Of a stretch of DNA of 60,362 bases, positions 35,761 through 44,849 are shown piece by piece. Under the pieces are notes generated by a model. The model worked only from the letters and a program-made list of their open reading frames with translations, was not told the origin of the DNA and ran no database searches. The position numbers and the translations under genes are program-made. Numbering within the stretch: position 1 is the stretch's first letter; each line of letters starts with the position of its first letter. This DNA is from an uncultured Candidatus Saccharibacteria bacterium (GTDB taxonomy: Bacteria; Patescibacteriota; Minisyncoccia; JAHISW01; Tagabacteraceae), in NCBI GenBank assembly GCA_964590835.1, contig CAZPYD010000002.1:1-60362 (forward strand). Reading direction: 5' to 3'.

Positions 35761-36900
35761 ATGAAAAAGAAAAAAATTTTATTTTATACATCAGATGGGA
35801 TTTCTTTGGGGCATTTGCAAAGAGTTTCTCAAATTGGAAAAGAGATTAGGGGGGAAAATAAGAATATAGAAATAGCCTTGGTTACTTCTTCTTTAAAGCC
35901 CAAAGTGTTTGGTGAGTTTTTTGATCAATGTATTCAGATTGTTCCTTTATCTGATGAAATTTTGAAAAATCCATCTGAAGAAACAAGGATAGAAAATGCT
36001 GATTTAGTGCTTTCGTTTTTTAAAAAATTTAAACCAGACTTGGTGATAGCTGATTTTTTGCTTTCATCAAGGTTTACTTTTTATCCTTTAAAATTTGCCT
36101 TAGATAATTTACCAGTTAAGACAGTATTTATTTGGCGAGTAGGAGAGATAAAAAAAATAGCCAGTGATCTGAAAAAGGAAAAAGAAAAGCTAGATTATTT
36201 TGAAAAAGTTTTTTTGCCTTACAGCAAGGAGGAGATTGGAGAGGTTGTAGGTGTTTTGCCTAATAATTTTGAAATAACAAGGGCTGTTTTTAGAGAAGTA
36301 GATAGAAATAAATTAAAGAATTGTAAAAAGAAATATAAAATTTCTTCAAAAGATTTTTTAATAACAATTGTTTTGGGTGGAGGTGGAGAATTAAAAGTGG
36401 GCAAATGTGAATCGCCTGAAAAGATAATTGATATTTTTTTTGGTATATTTAAAAAATTAGAAGATAAAATTACTAATTTGAAAGTGGTAATATCTACTGG
36501 GCCGTATTATTATAAAAAAAATATCGATAAACATAGCTTAGAGGAGCATCCTGTAGAAGTTGTTGATTTTGAAGAAAATATGTTGGAATTAATGAGTGTC
36601 TCTGATTTAGTGATTTCTTCTGCCGGGTATAATGCTTGCCAAGAAATAATTCAAGCTAAAACACCGGCTATTTTGGTGCCGTTGTGGAGAAAAAACAAAG
36701 AACAGTTTGAGCGTTCGGAATATTTAAAAACAAAAGGGGTTGTGGATGTTTTGGAAGATAATTCTTTTTCGTCTTTATTGGGTTTAATAGAAAAGAGTTA
36801 TAAAAATTTAAAAAAGATGAAGAAAAATTTTAGTGACTTTTCTGATTTAAAGTCTGGTAATAAAAAGATTGCTCAAAAAATATTAAAAATTTTGAATTAA
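35761..36900 (+). CDS. glycosyltransferase, MurG/GT28-C-terminal-like
   Basis: DLVISSAGYNACQEIIQAKTPAILVPL and an N-terminal GISLGHLQR. Confidence 0.55.
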   Translation: MKKKKILFYTSDGISLGHLQRVSQIGKEIRGENKNIEIALVTSSLKPKVFGEFFDQCIQIVPLSDEILKNPSEETRIENADLVLSFFKKFKPDLVIADFLLSSRFTFYPLKFALDNLPVKTVFIWRVGEIKKIASDLKKEKEKLDYFEKVFLPYSKEEIGEVVGVLPNNFEITRAVFREVDRNKLKNCKKKYKISSKDFLITIVLGGGGELKVGKCESPEKIIDIFFGIFKKLEDKITNLKVVISTGPYYYKKNIDKHSLEEHPVEVVDFEENMLELMSVSDLVISSAGYNACQEIIQAKTPAILVPLWRKNKEQFERSEYLKTKGVVDVLEDNSFSSLLGLIEKSYKNLKKMKKNFSDFSDLKSGNKKIAQKILKILN

Positions 36901-36903
36901 TTT

Positions 36904-37956
36904 ATGTTGATTTTATCTATTGATACAACAGGGTTTACTGCTTCTTTTGCTTTGGTTAAGGATGGTATCAGAGTTTTATTAAATAAGAATAGTTCAGGTT
37001 TTATCCCGTTTAAAAGATGGGATGAGTTTCCATATTTGCTTCCAGATTGTCATAGAAAATTTTTACTTAAAAATATTGAATTAACTTTAAAGAAAAAAGA
37101 TATAAAATGGAAAGATATTGATGCGATTGCGGTGAGTGCTAATTCAGGTATATATAGCTGTATTTTAGCCGGCAAAACAATAGCTTATACACTTGCTAAG
37201 ATTTACAATAAGCCACTAATTGAAGTTGATCATATTCTGGCTCATAATTATTCTTCTTGGCTCGCTACCAAGCCTGAAAAATTTAGTTTTCCTGTTTTGG
37301 TTTTTTCTGCGTCTGGAAGTCATAGCGATTTTGCGTTGCTTAAAAATATTAAGAGTTTTCAGTCTTTTAGTAATGAAATAGAAAAAGCCAACTGGGGTGG
37401 AGTGGAGACTTTTATTGGAGTAGGAAAAATTTTTAGAATTGCCGGTAAAAGTTTAGGCTTAATAAAACCACAAGATAAAACACCAGATGTTTCTATAAAA
37501 AGATTGATTAAAGCCATGGATAGCGGAAATAGTTCATTTTTTGATTTTACGACTTTTTATAAGGGGAAATTGTTTGATTTAAATTTTTCGAGTCTTTTGA
37601 GTGTTTTGGACGAGTTGTTAATAAAAGAGAAAAAGAAAAAAGGTAGATTGTCGAAGAGTTTTATAAATAACATGGCGGCCAGTTTTCAGGAATCGATAAA
37701 TAATATTTTGTCAGATAAAATAATTAAGTTAGCAAAGACTAAAAAAGTAAAAGAAATCCATGTGTGTGGTGGTCTTTCAGAAAATAAACACTTAAAGAAA
37801 AAACTTAAGAAAAAAATTGAAGGAGAGATATTGTTGCGTTATCCTATTAAGAAAGAGTATAGGTTGGATAATGCAGCCATGATTGGGTGTTTAGCTTTCT
37901 ATCAACAAAAATATAACATAAAGTTTAAAAACTTTAAGCCAAGTATTACAAAATGA
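36904..37956 (+). CDS. Kae1/TsaD (ASKHA) family protein, copy 2
   Basis: ILSIDTT, HILAH (HxxxH), GGLSENKHLKKK, LDNAAMIG. Confidence 0.7.
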   Translation: MLILSIDTTGFTASFALVKDGIRVLLNKNSSGFIPFKRWDEFPYLLPDCHRKFLLKNIELTLKKKDIKWKDIDAIAVSANSGIYSCILAGKTIAYTLAKIYNKPLIEVDHILAHNYSSWLATKPEKFSFPVLVFSASGSHSDFALLKNIKSFQSFSNEIEKANWGGVETFIGVGKIFRIAGKSLGLIKPQDKTPDVSIKRLIKAMDSGNSSFFDFTTFYKGKLFDLNFSSLLSVLDELLIKEKKKKGRLSKSFINNMAASFQESINNILSDKIIKLAKTKKVKEIHVCGGLSENKHLKKKLKKKIEGEILLRYPIKKEYRLDNAAMIGCLAFYQQKYNIKFKNFKPSITK

Positions 37957-38552
37957 AGATATTTAAATTTAATCTGAAAATCAAACAAGAAGTACAAGAG
38001 GCGATTAAAATGGCAATAGATGTTTTAAAAAAGGGCGGGATTGTTATTCACCCTACGGACACGTGTTATGGTATAGCAGCTGATATTAACAACCATAGAG
38101 CGATTAATAATGTTTATCAACTGAAAGGGAGAAATTTTAATAAGCCTTTTTTTATTATCACTTCTAATATTACTCAGTTTAAAAAGTTTGGTTCTTTTGG
38201 TTCTTTGGCAAAAAAAATAATTGAAGCCAATTCAGAAAAAATGCATACCTTTGTTGTTCCTAGGAAAAAAGCTGTGCCAGATCGTTTAAATCCGGGATTA
38301 GAAACGATTGGTATTCAGATACCGAGAAATATTTTTTCTTTAAGTTTGCTTGAAGAGTTAAAAAATCCGGTGATTGGTACCAGTGCCAATGTTTCAGGTT
38401 TGCCGGTAGTTTATTCTATAAGTGAATTGATGGACCAGCTGGATTCTGTTAATAGATATCCAGATTTGATTTTGGATGCGGGTAGACTTCCTGTGAGAAA
38501 ACCATCGACCATAATAGAAATAAAAGAAAATAAAGTTAAAATTTTACGCTAA
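37953..38552 (+). CDS. YrdC/Sua5/TsaC-like domain protein, copy 2
   Basis: VIHPTDTCYGIAAD, LKGRNFNKPF, VIGTSANVSG, KPSTIIEI. ATGA overlap with copy 2 of the Kae1-like gene. Confidence 0.75.
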   Translation: MKIFKFNLKIKQEVQEAIKMAIDVLKKGGIVIHPTDTCYGIAADINNHRAINNVYQLKGRNFNKPFFIITSNITQFKKFGSFGSLAKKIIEANSEKMHTFVVPRKKAVPDRLNPGLETIGIQIPRNIFSLSLLEELKNPVIGTSANVSGLPVVYSISELMDQLDSVNRYPDLILDAGRLPVRKPSTIIEIKENKVKILR

Positions 38553-38558
38553 GTAAGA

Positions 38559-39506
38559 ATGTCAAAGAGGATAAAAATTTTAAGTCCAATTGATAGAATT
38601 GAAGAAGCAACTCCTCTTATTAAAGCTGGAGCTGACGAGTTTTTTTGCGGAGTTTTAATAGATGGTTTAAATACATCTAGTCCTAGGGGTTTTAAGTTAG
38701 AAAGTAGTAATTTATTAAATTTAGATGAATTGAAGAAATTAGTTTTAGTTTTAAAAAAATATAATAAAAAAACTTTTTTAGCGCTAAATATTTCAAAGGG
38801 TGAAAAGAAAAGTTTTAGTGTTATAGAAAAAAATATAGAAAAAATAAAAAATACAAACGTAGACTCAATTATTATTGGTAATATTAATTTAATTAATGAA
38901 CTAAAAAATGCCGGAATAGATATTATCATAAGCTCTTTGTTGGAAGTAAAAAACAAAGAAGCAGTAAGACTTTTTGTAAAAGAATTTGGAGCCAAAAGAG
39001 TAATTTTAGATAGGCAAATAATAGAAAACGATTTAAAAAGTATTACACATGAATTTCCTAAAATTAAAATTGAGGCCTTTATAATGCAGTCAGGGTGTAG
39101 GAGTTTGATTAGTTCTTGTCGACGTCATTTAGCTATTAATAAAAATATTCATTTATGTTTGAAGTCTTTTTTTGTAGATAAGAAAAATAAAGTAAAATTA
39201 TTAAATTCTTTTGACAAAGAGATTATTGCTAGTAGATTAAAAATGCCAATGCCCACTTGTGGTGCTTGTGCGCTTTTTCAGTTTAATAAGTACAACATTG
39301 ATTCAGTTAAAATAGTAGGGAGAGGTTATTTAATTGAAGAAAAAATTAAAAACATAGAGATTATAAAAAGCTCTAGAGGTATATTAGAAAAGAATTATTC
39401 TGAAGAAAAGTTTTATCAAAAAGTAGAAGATTTGTTTGAAAAAACTTTTGGTTATAAATGTAAAAGACGATTTTGTTATTATCCTCATTTTTTCAAACAA
39501 AAATAA
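38559..39506 (+). CDS. U32 family protein (UbiU/YhbU-like)
   Basis: ILSPIDRIEEATPLIKAGADEFFCGV has the U32 N-terminal pattern, with Cys cluster GCRSLISSCRR...C...CGAC. Confidence 0.6.
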   Translation: MSKRIKILSPIDRIEEATPLIKAGADEFFCGVLIDGLNTSSPRGFKLESSNLLNLDELKKLVLVLKKYNKKTFLALNISKGEKKSFSVIEKNIEKIKNTNVDSIIIGNINLINELKNAGIDIIISSLLEVKNKEAVRLFVKEFGAKRVILDRQIIENDLKSITHEFPKIKIEAFIMQSGCRSLISSCRRHLAINKNIHLCLKSFFVDKKNKVKLLNSFDKEIIASRLKMPMPTCGACALFQFNKYNIDSVKIVGRGYLIEEKIKNIEIIKSSRGILEKNYSEEKFYQKVEDLFEKTFGYKCKRRFCYYPHFFKQK

Positions 39507-39512
39507 AATGTT

Positions 39513-40217
39513 ATGGAACATGCGATTATTATAAATAATATAGAAGATTTTAAATATTTTGATAAAAAATATAGTAAAATATATTTTGGTAATGAATTTT
39601 GTTCAAAATTATTACCAAAAGAAAAAGAAGTAGAAGAAGTTATTGATATTATTAAAAAAAAGAAATTAAATATTACCTTATTAACGCCCCAATTAAATAG
39701 TGAGGGGGTTAAAAGAGTAAAAAAAATAATTAAACAACTATATAAAGAGAAACTATTAAGTGAAATTGTGGTTAATGATTATGGTTTGCTTTATTATATA
39801 AAGGAAAATTTTCTTGACTGTGAGATTATTCTAGGGAGGACATTGTCTTGCGGGGTTTTTTTGTATAAAAAAAGTTTTTTAAATAAAATAGGGATTAAGA
39901 GGATTGAAATTGATAATTTGAAAAAAAATAAAAAATATAATTCATCGAAAATTTCCTATTATTATCCTTTCTCGTTTGTTTCTGTATCAATGTATTGTCC
40001 AGTTGCTGACATTTATAATAATAAGTCTAAAAATCATGGAATAATTGATTGCTCGAAAGAATGTTCAGGGTTATCACCCTTAGAGATAGATAGTAAGTTT
40101 TTTTCTAAAAAAGTTTTTCTTAAAGGAAATACACAATTTATAAAAAATAAAAATATTAACTCAAGAGAATTAATTAAAAATGGGGTTGATAGATTAGTTT
40201 TTCAACCAAATATTTAA
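39513..40217 (+). CDS. short U32-like protein (UbiV/YhbV-like)
   Basis: IYFGNEFCSKLLP resembles the YhbV-type N-terminus, with later Cys residues (YCP...C..EC). It is adjacent to the larger U32 gene. Confidence 0.45.
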   Translation: MEHAIIINNIEDFKYFDKKYSKIYFGNEFCSKLLPKEKEVEEVIDIIKKKKLNITLLTPQLNSEGVKRVKKIIKQLYKEKLLSEIVVNDYGLLYYIKENFLDCEIILGRTLSCGVFLYKKSFLNKIGIKRIEIDNLKKNKKYNSSKISYYYPFSFVSVSMYCPVADIYNNKSKNHGIIDCSKECSGLSPLEIDSKFFSKKVFLKGNTQFIKNKNINSRELIKNGVDRLVFQPNI

Positions 40218-40219
40218 AT

Positions 40220-40984
40220 ATGAAAAAAGAAATGAGTTTTAGGCCGAGAGAACTTTTAACTATTTTGAGTGTTTATAATGGGGTTAGACCTTTAGGGAGG
40301 ATTACTTGTTTTTGTGATGAGGGATTGGGTTACTGTGTCCGTATAGCAAAGGAGCTTAACTTGGAATATAAAATTTATAAGAAAGATTTTGTGTATATAT
40401 CAAAAGAAAAAGATTTAGTTAACGAAGGTTTTAGTTTGCATCATTCTTTGTCCAGTGTAACTAGTAAAGAATTAAAAAATAATATTTTAGGAAAGTTTTA
40501 TGGTTATCCAGGATGTTGTGTAAAAAATTTTGTAGAAAATAAAAATTTAACAAGGAAAAATGATGATATGGGAGTTCTTTTAAAGAGTTTTAAAAATTCA
40601 AAATCAAATATATTTTCAATTTATACAAACTGGTTTTTAAGTTTTAAGCCAGTTTTGCATTTACCGCATGCGTTTGATTGTGAGCCATCTATTGAGGTAG
40701 GAAAAAAGAATATAGAGCTCTTGGGTGGGTATAATAAAGAAGGTGTTGGTGGCTTGATTAAAAAACTGAAAACATGTGTATTGATATATAAAAGAAATAT
40801 TTTGCTAGTGGAAGATTTTGATATTAATAAGGAGGGGGTAGTTTTTGAAAGAAGCGGGTGGTCTATTAATTCACACTTAAACAAAAAAGATACCTATAGC
40901 TTAGGGTCGTGGGAATCGCTACTTGATCCGTTTAATTTTAAAAATTTAAAAAAAATAAAAGTACTAGTATTTCATGAGGTTTAA
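40220..40984 (+). CDS. hypothetical protein with conserved-looking Cys motifs
   Basis: CFCDEGLGYC and YGYPGCCVKNF...HLPHAFDCEPS. I cannot name a family. Confidence 0.6.
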   Translation: MKKEMSFRPRELLTILSVYNGVRPLGRITCFCDEGLGYCVRIAKELNLEYKIYKKDFVYISKEKDLVNEGFSLHHSLSSVTSKELKNNILGKFYGYPGCCVKNFVENKNLTRKNDDMGVLLKSFKNSKSNIFSIYTNWFLSFKPVLHLPHAFDCEPSIEVGKKNIELLGGYNKEGVGGLIKKLKTCVLIYKRNILLVEDFDINKEGVVFERSGWSINSHLNKKDTYSLGSWESLLDPFNFKNLKKIKVLVFHEV

Positions 40985-42326
40985 AATAAATAAACATAAC
41001 TACAATGACTTGTCTGCTGTTGCGGAATTTGTTAGGCAAGCCGGAGACAAAAAATTAGAAATATTTTTAAGTAAAGACAACACCCCTTTTTTAGGGGATG
41101 TTTTGAGTGTTGTGTATGAGGTATTGGATGATTATGAAAGATATTTTCAAATAATATTGAAAAACATCCCATATTGCGTTGTTTCAAAAGAGACAGTAGA
41201 TCATGTTGTGTTTGATATTAAAAACGGAGATAAAATTAAAGATTGTAAAAAATGTAAATGGAATAAAAACTGTGGAGGTTTTTCAAAAGGGTATTTAAAA
41301 AAATATGGAAGTAAGGAAGTTTGCTCACAGCCTGATTTACCTGCTGAGGTAATGATTGAGGTGACACCAAAATGTAATTTTAAATGTGATTTTTGTTTTA
41401 ACAAAATTTCTTTTGCAAAACACGGTAGAGGTATAAAACCCCTAAGCGCAAGTTATGTAAAAAAAATAATTGATAATGTTTCTAGTGCTGGAATACAAGT
41501 TATAAGGTTTACTGGTGGAGAACCCTTGTTAAGAAAAGATATTTTTACTTTATTTAAATATGCTAAAAGTAAAAATCTGGAAGTACGTTTGAATACCAAT
41601 GGATATTTAATTGATAAAAAAATAGCTGAAAAATTAAAAGGTATTGTGGATAATGTTTTAATTCCAATTGAAAGTTGGTCGGATAAAAAAGAAGAAAAAA
41701 TAACAGGAGTTGCCAATGCTTTAAGTAAAAAAAAGGAAGCAATTGATTTTTTGAAAGAGAAAAAGATTCCTATTGTTAGGGTAGGTACTGTTGCCACGAA
41801 AGAAAATATTTTAAATTTTGATAAACTTGCGGACTTTGTTGATAGATTAGATATAAATGAGTGGGAGTTTTATCGTCCAGTTGAAATTTCTAAAAAAGAA
41901 AATTTGAATTCCAAATTAGTAAATATTTTAGTGAATAAATTAATAGACTTTAGACAGAAAACAGATAAGATTATTTTTATTGCCAATGCCTTGCCTTTTT
42001 GTGTGATAAAGGATTTGAATAAAATTAATATTGTAAGTAAGGGGAGTATTTCTGATGATGGGCACTCTAGGTTAGTGGTTGATCCGAGAGGTTTTGTAAA
42101 GCCTCATTATTTTATAAATAAAAACATTGGAGATCCTTTGAATATACTTAAGGCATGGAATAGCCCTTTTATGAAAAAGATTCGTGGTTTGGAGTATTTA
42201 CCCAAGGAATGTCAAAATTGTTTTTTTATTTTTAAATGTCGCGGTGGGAGTCGTAATTCTGCAATGCTGTTTAACGGTGGGTATGACAAAGTTGATCCTT
42301 TGGCGAATTTTTCTTTTCGTGCTTAA
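40974..42326 (+). CDS. radical SAM/SPASM-like protein with N-terminal extra Cys module, copy 2
   Basis: The N-terminus has IPYC...CKKCKWNKNCGG. The core has CNFKCDFCFNKISFAKHGRG and FTGGEPLL. The C-terminus has DGHSRLVVDPRGFVKP...CQNCFFIFKCRGG. By eye it is about 50 percent identical to 27040..28764 in the core. Confidence 0.85.
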   Translation: MRFKINKHNYNDLSAVAEFVRQAGDKKLEIFLSKDNTPFLGDVLSVVYEVLDDYERYFQIILKNIPYCVVSKETVDHVVFDIKNGDKIKDCKKCKWNKNCGGFSKGYLKKYGSKEVCSQPDLPAEVMIEVTPKCNFKCDFCFNKISFAKHGRGIKPLSASYVKKIIDNVSSAGIQVIRFTGGEPLLRKDIFTLFKYAKSKNLEVRLNTNGYLIDKKIAEKLKGIVDNVLIPIESWSDKKEEKITGVANALSKKKEAIDFLKEKKIPIVRVGTVATKENILNFDKLADFVDRLDINEWEFYRPVEISKKENLNSKLVNILVNKLIDFRQKTDKIIFIANALPFCVIKDLNKINIVSKGSISDDGHSRLVVDPRGFVKPHYFINKNIGDPLNILKAWNSPFMKKIRGLEYLPKECQNCFFIFKCRGGSRNSAMLFNGGYDKVDPLANFSFRA

Positions 42327-42363
42327 ATTTAAAGAGGTTGTTATTTAATTATTTTATAAAATT

Positions 42364-42558
42364 ATGGATAAAAAACTACTTAAAAAATTACAGAATATTA
42401 ATAAAGATGATTCATTCTTAATAACCTTTACAGTTTTTAATAAAAAGAAAAAATTAGACACTTTTTTATTTGTTAATGATTTTCCGTATAAGGATATACC
42501 AAGTACTAAAAAAATGATAAGTAAATTAATTGATGAAATGGTTGAAAAGAAGAATTAA
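42364..42558 (+). CDS. small Phe/Lys-rich protein (candidate substrate peptide or recognition/chaperone element)
   Basis: 64 aa with no Cys. The middle reads FLITFTVFNKKKKLDTFLFVNDFPYKD. It lies immediately upstream of the HemN-like gene and the rSAM array. Confidence 0.45.
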   Translation: MDKKLLKKLQNINKDDSFLITFTVFNKKKKLDTFLFVNDFPYKDIPSTKKMISKLIDEMVEKKN

Positions 42559-42559
42559 G

Positions 42560-43942
42560 ATGCAAAAAGAAATTCAATTTTTAAATAATAATTTAACTGA
42601 AATTGTACAAGCTATAAATTTTTATAATAATGAAGTTTGGTTTAGGCAATTTCCTGTTCCTCCACCTTTGGGAAGTGCTTATTTTTCAAATAGTAAATCA
42701 GGTTTTGCTGAAAAAGAAATAAAGAAAGTAAAAGAGATTGTTTTGTATATAAATATTCCTTTTTGTAATAATCAGTGTGATTATTGTGGTCTTAGGGGAG
42801 TGAATAAGGTTAATAAACATCGTTCCTCTCTTTATGTGGAGTGTTTGAAAAAAGAGGCTGAATTTGTTTTAAAAGATAATTCTAATAAGATAAAAATACT
42901 TGCTATTTTAATTGGAGGCGGCACCCCAAGCCTGCTTTTGCCACAAGATTTATATAAATTATTAAATTTTTTAAGGCAGAAGTTTGAAATTGTAAAAGAT
43001 GCACAAATTTCTATTGAGGTTTCTCCGGAGGATGTGTCAGAAAAGATGTCACAATCTTTTGCAAAAGGAGGTGTAGATAGGGTTTGTATTGGTGTTCAAA
43101 CTTTTAATGAACAAAAATTAAAACAATGTGGGCGTAGATCACAAAAACATCAACATGTGTATGAAGCGGTGAAAAATTTGAGAAAAACAGGGATAGACAA
43201 CATAAACTTGGATTTGATATATGGGCTTAAAAAAAACGAAACATCAAAGGAATTTTTAAAAGACAATTTGAGCCATATCGTAAAGATAAAACCTGCTAAT
43301 ATTAATTTTTTTTCTTTACAAAATCATACCAAATATTCGGAAAACATTAGGCGATTTTATTCGAAGGAGTTTGAAAAGGCAAAGCAGGTAATAATTTCTG
43401 AATTATCAATGTGGAGTAAAAGAGAAAAAAGTGTTTATTCTAAATATTTTTTCTTGAGAAGATGTCGTAACGTGGATTGTGTTGCTATTGGGGCTGGTGG
43501 TAAAAGTGAGTTTTGGACAGGTGGTAAGTTCATCGAGAGAACTAATACAAATAGTAGATATAATCCATTAGAATATATGAAAGATATAAAGAAAGGTTTG
43601 TTTAAATATGATTATTCAATGCTTAATAAAGAATGCTCTGTTCGTAAATTTATAATTCATAATTTAAATCTAGAGACTGGGGTGGATAAACGGATTTTGA
43701 ATAAAATTTTTCCTGATTACGGCGCAATCATTAATAAGATTTTTTCTAAAATTAAAGACAATACAACAGAAGCGAAAAATGTAATTAGGCTTAAGGATAA
43801 TTTTGAAAAATCACTTCCTTTTAAAACAAAAAATAAAGATGTAAATTATTTTATTTTTTCATTTTGTTTTTTGTATTCCCCTCAAGATAGGAGTATGTTG
43901 ATTGAATCATTTAAAAAAATAAATAAAAAATTAAAAGTTTAA
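42560..43942 (+). CDS. HemN/HemW-like radical SAM protein
   Basis: CNNQCDYC, IGGGTPS, GVDRVCIGVQTF. The track ORF opens at TTG 42530; ATG 42533 and ATG 42560 are both possible starts. Confidence 0.75.
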   Translation: MQKEIQFLNNNLTEIVQAINFYNNEVWFRQFPVPPPLGSAYFSNSKSGFAEKEIKKVKEIVLYINIPFCNNQCDYCGLRGVNKVNKHRSSLYVECLKKEAEFVLKDNSNKIKILAILIGGGTPSLLLPQDLYKLLNFLRQKFEIVKDAQISIEVSPEDVSEKMSQSFAKGGVDRVCIGVQTFNEQKLKQCGRRSQKHQHVYEAVKNLRKTGIDNINLDLIYGLKKNETSKEFLKDNLSHIVKIKPANINFFSLQNHTKYSENIRRFYSKEFEKAKQVIISELSMWSKREKSVYSKYFFLRRCRNVDCVAIGAGGKSEFWTGGKFIERTNTNSRYNPLEYMKDIKKGLFKYDYSMLNKECSVRKFIIHNLNLETGVDKRILNKIFPDYGAIINKIFSKIKDNTTEAKNVIRLKDNFEKSLPFKTKNKDVNYFIFSFCFLYSPQDRSMLIESFKKINKKLKV

Positions 43943-43951
43943 ATTATTTTT

Positions 43952-44848
43952 ATGGAAAGGGTAGATATAAAAATTGGTTTTGGTTGTAACAATCATTGTT
44001 TTTTTTGTGTTCAGGGTGACAAGCGTAATTTTTGTGTAGCCAAAAGCAAAAAAGAAATAAAAGATTCTTTAATAGAGGCCTATACTAAAGGAAAAACTCA
44101 AGTTGTGTTTACTGGAGGGGAACCAGCTCTTCACCCTGATTTTTTTGAATTGATTAAAATAGCCAAAAAAATTGGCTATGATTCGGTTATGATACAGACA
44201 AATGGCCGGATGTTTGCTTATAAAAATTTTTGCGTTAAAACTATTCAAGCAGGAGCAGATTTGTTTTCGCCCGCAGTTCATGGTCACAACAAAAAGATTC
44301 ATGATTATTTAACGGATGCTGAGGGTAGTTTTGATCAAACCGTTAAGGGTATCAAGAATTTAAAAAATTTAAATCAATTTGTTTCTACAAATACAGTTGT
44401 TACATCAAAGAATTATAAGTTTCTTCCTAAAATCGCTCAGATACTAGTTGATTTAAGTGTTGACCAATTTCAATTTGCCTTTATTCATTTGGGTGGTACA
44501 GCTCAAAAAAATAAAGATTGGATTACTCCTAAAAAAAGTGAGATTATGCCTTATATTAAAAAAGGTTTGGATATTGGAATTAAAGCTGGTAAATGGGTGA
44601 CAACAGAAGCTATTCCTTATTGTTTTATGAAGGGGTATGAAAAACACATAGCAGAAATAGGTATTCCTAAACCAATGATTTTTGATGCTGGTTTTAAAGT
44701 TGAAGATTATGCTAAATATCGTAAAAATGAAGCTAAGACTAAAGGACCGGAGTGTAAAAAATGTAAGTATTATAAGGTTTGCGAAGGCCCTTGGAAAGAA
44801 TATCCGGAGATTTATGGTTGGAAAGAATTTAAGCCTATAAAAAAATAA
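43952..44848 (+). CDS. radical SAM protein, array member 1
   Basis: CNNHCFFC, FTGGEPAL, TNGRMFAY, HGHNKKIHD...GSFDQ..KGIKNL, IPYC...CKKCKYYKVCEGPWKEY. Confidence 0.85.
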   Translation: MERVDIKIGFGCNNHCFFCVQGDKRNFCVAKSKKEIKDSLIEAYTKGKTQVVFTGGEPALHPDFFELIKIAKKIGYDSVMIQTNGRMFAYKNFCVKTIQAGADLFSPAVHGHNKKIHDYLTDAEGSFDQTVKGIKNLKNLNQFVSTNTVVTSKNYKFLPKIAQILVDLSVDQFQFAFIHLGGTAQKNKDWITPKKSEIMPYIKKGLDIGIKAGKWVTTEAIPYCFMKGYEKHIAEIGIPKPMIFDAGFKVEDYAKYRKNEAKTKGPECKKCKYYKVCEGPWKEYPEIYGWKEFKPIKK

Positions 44849-44849
44849 A

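Noticed and set aside
25912-38552. The Kae1-like and YrdC-like genes as ordinary t6A (tsaD/tsaC) housekeeping genes
   Set aside because: Two complete pairs lie inside biosynthetic operons, each next to the same rSAM paralog, with no tsaB or tsaE nearby. However, I cannot exclude that one pair doubles as the t6A machinery without seeing the rest of the genome.
38549-38995. 148-aa minus-strand ORF antisense to the U32 gene. The same applies to similar antisense or alternate-frame track ORFs, for example 255..584, 5332..5562, 5778..6065, 9986..10459, 14674..14946, 27189..27629, 41453..41797, 44453..44908 and 48082..48396
   Set aside because: They are low-complexity shadow ORFs typical of AT-rich DNA. 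Each lies wholly or largely within a motif-supported gene on the other strand or frame.
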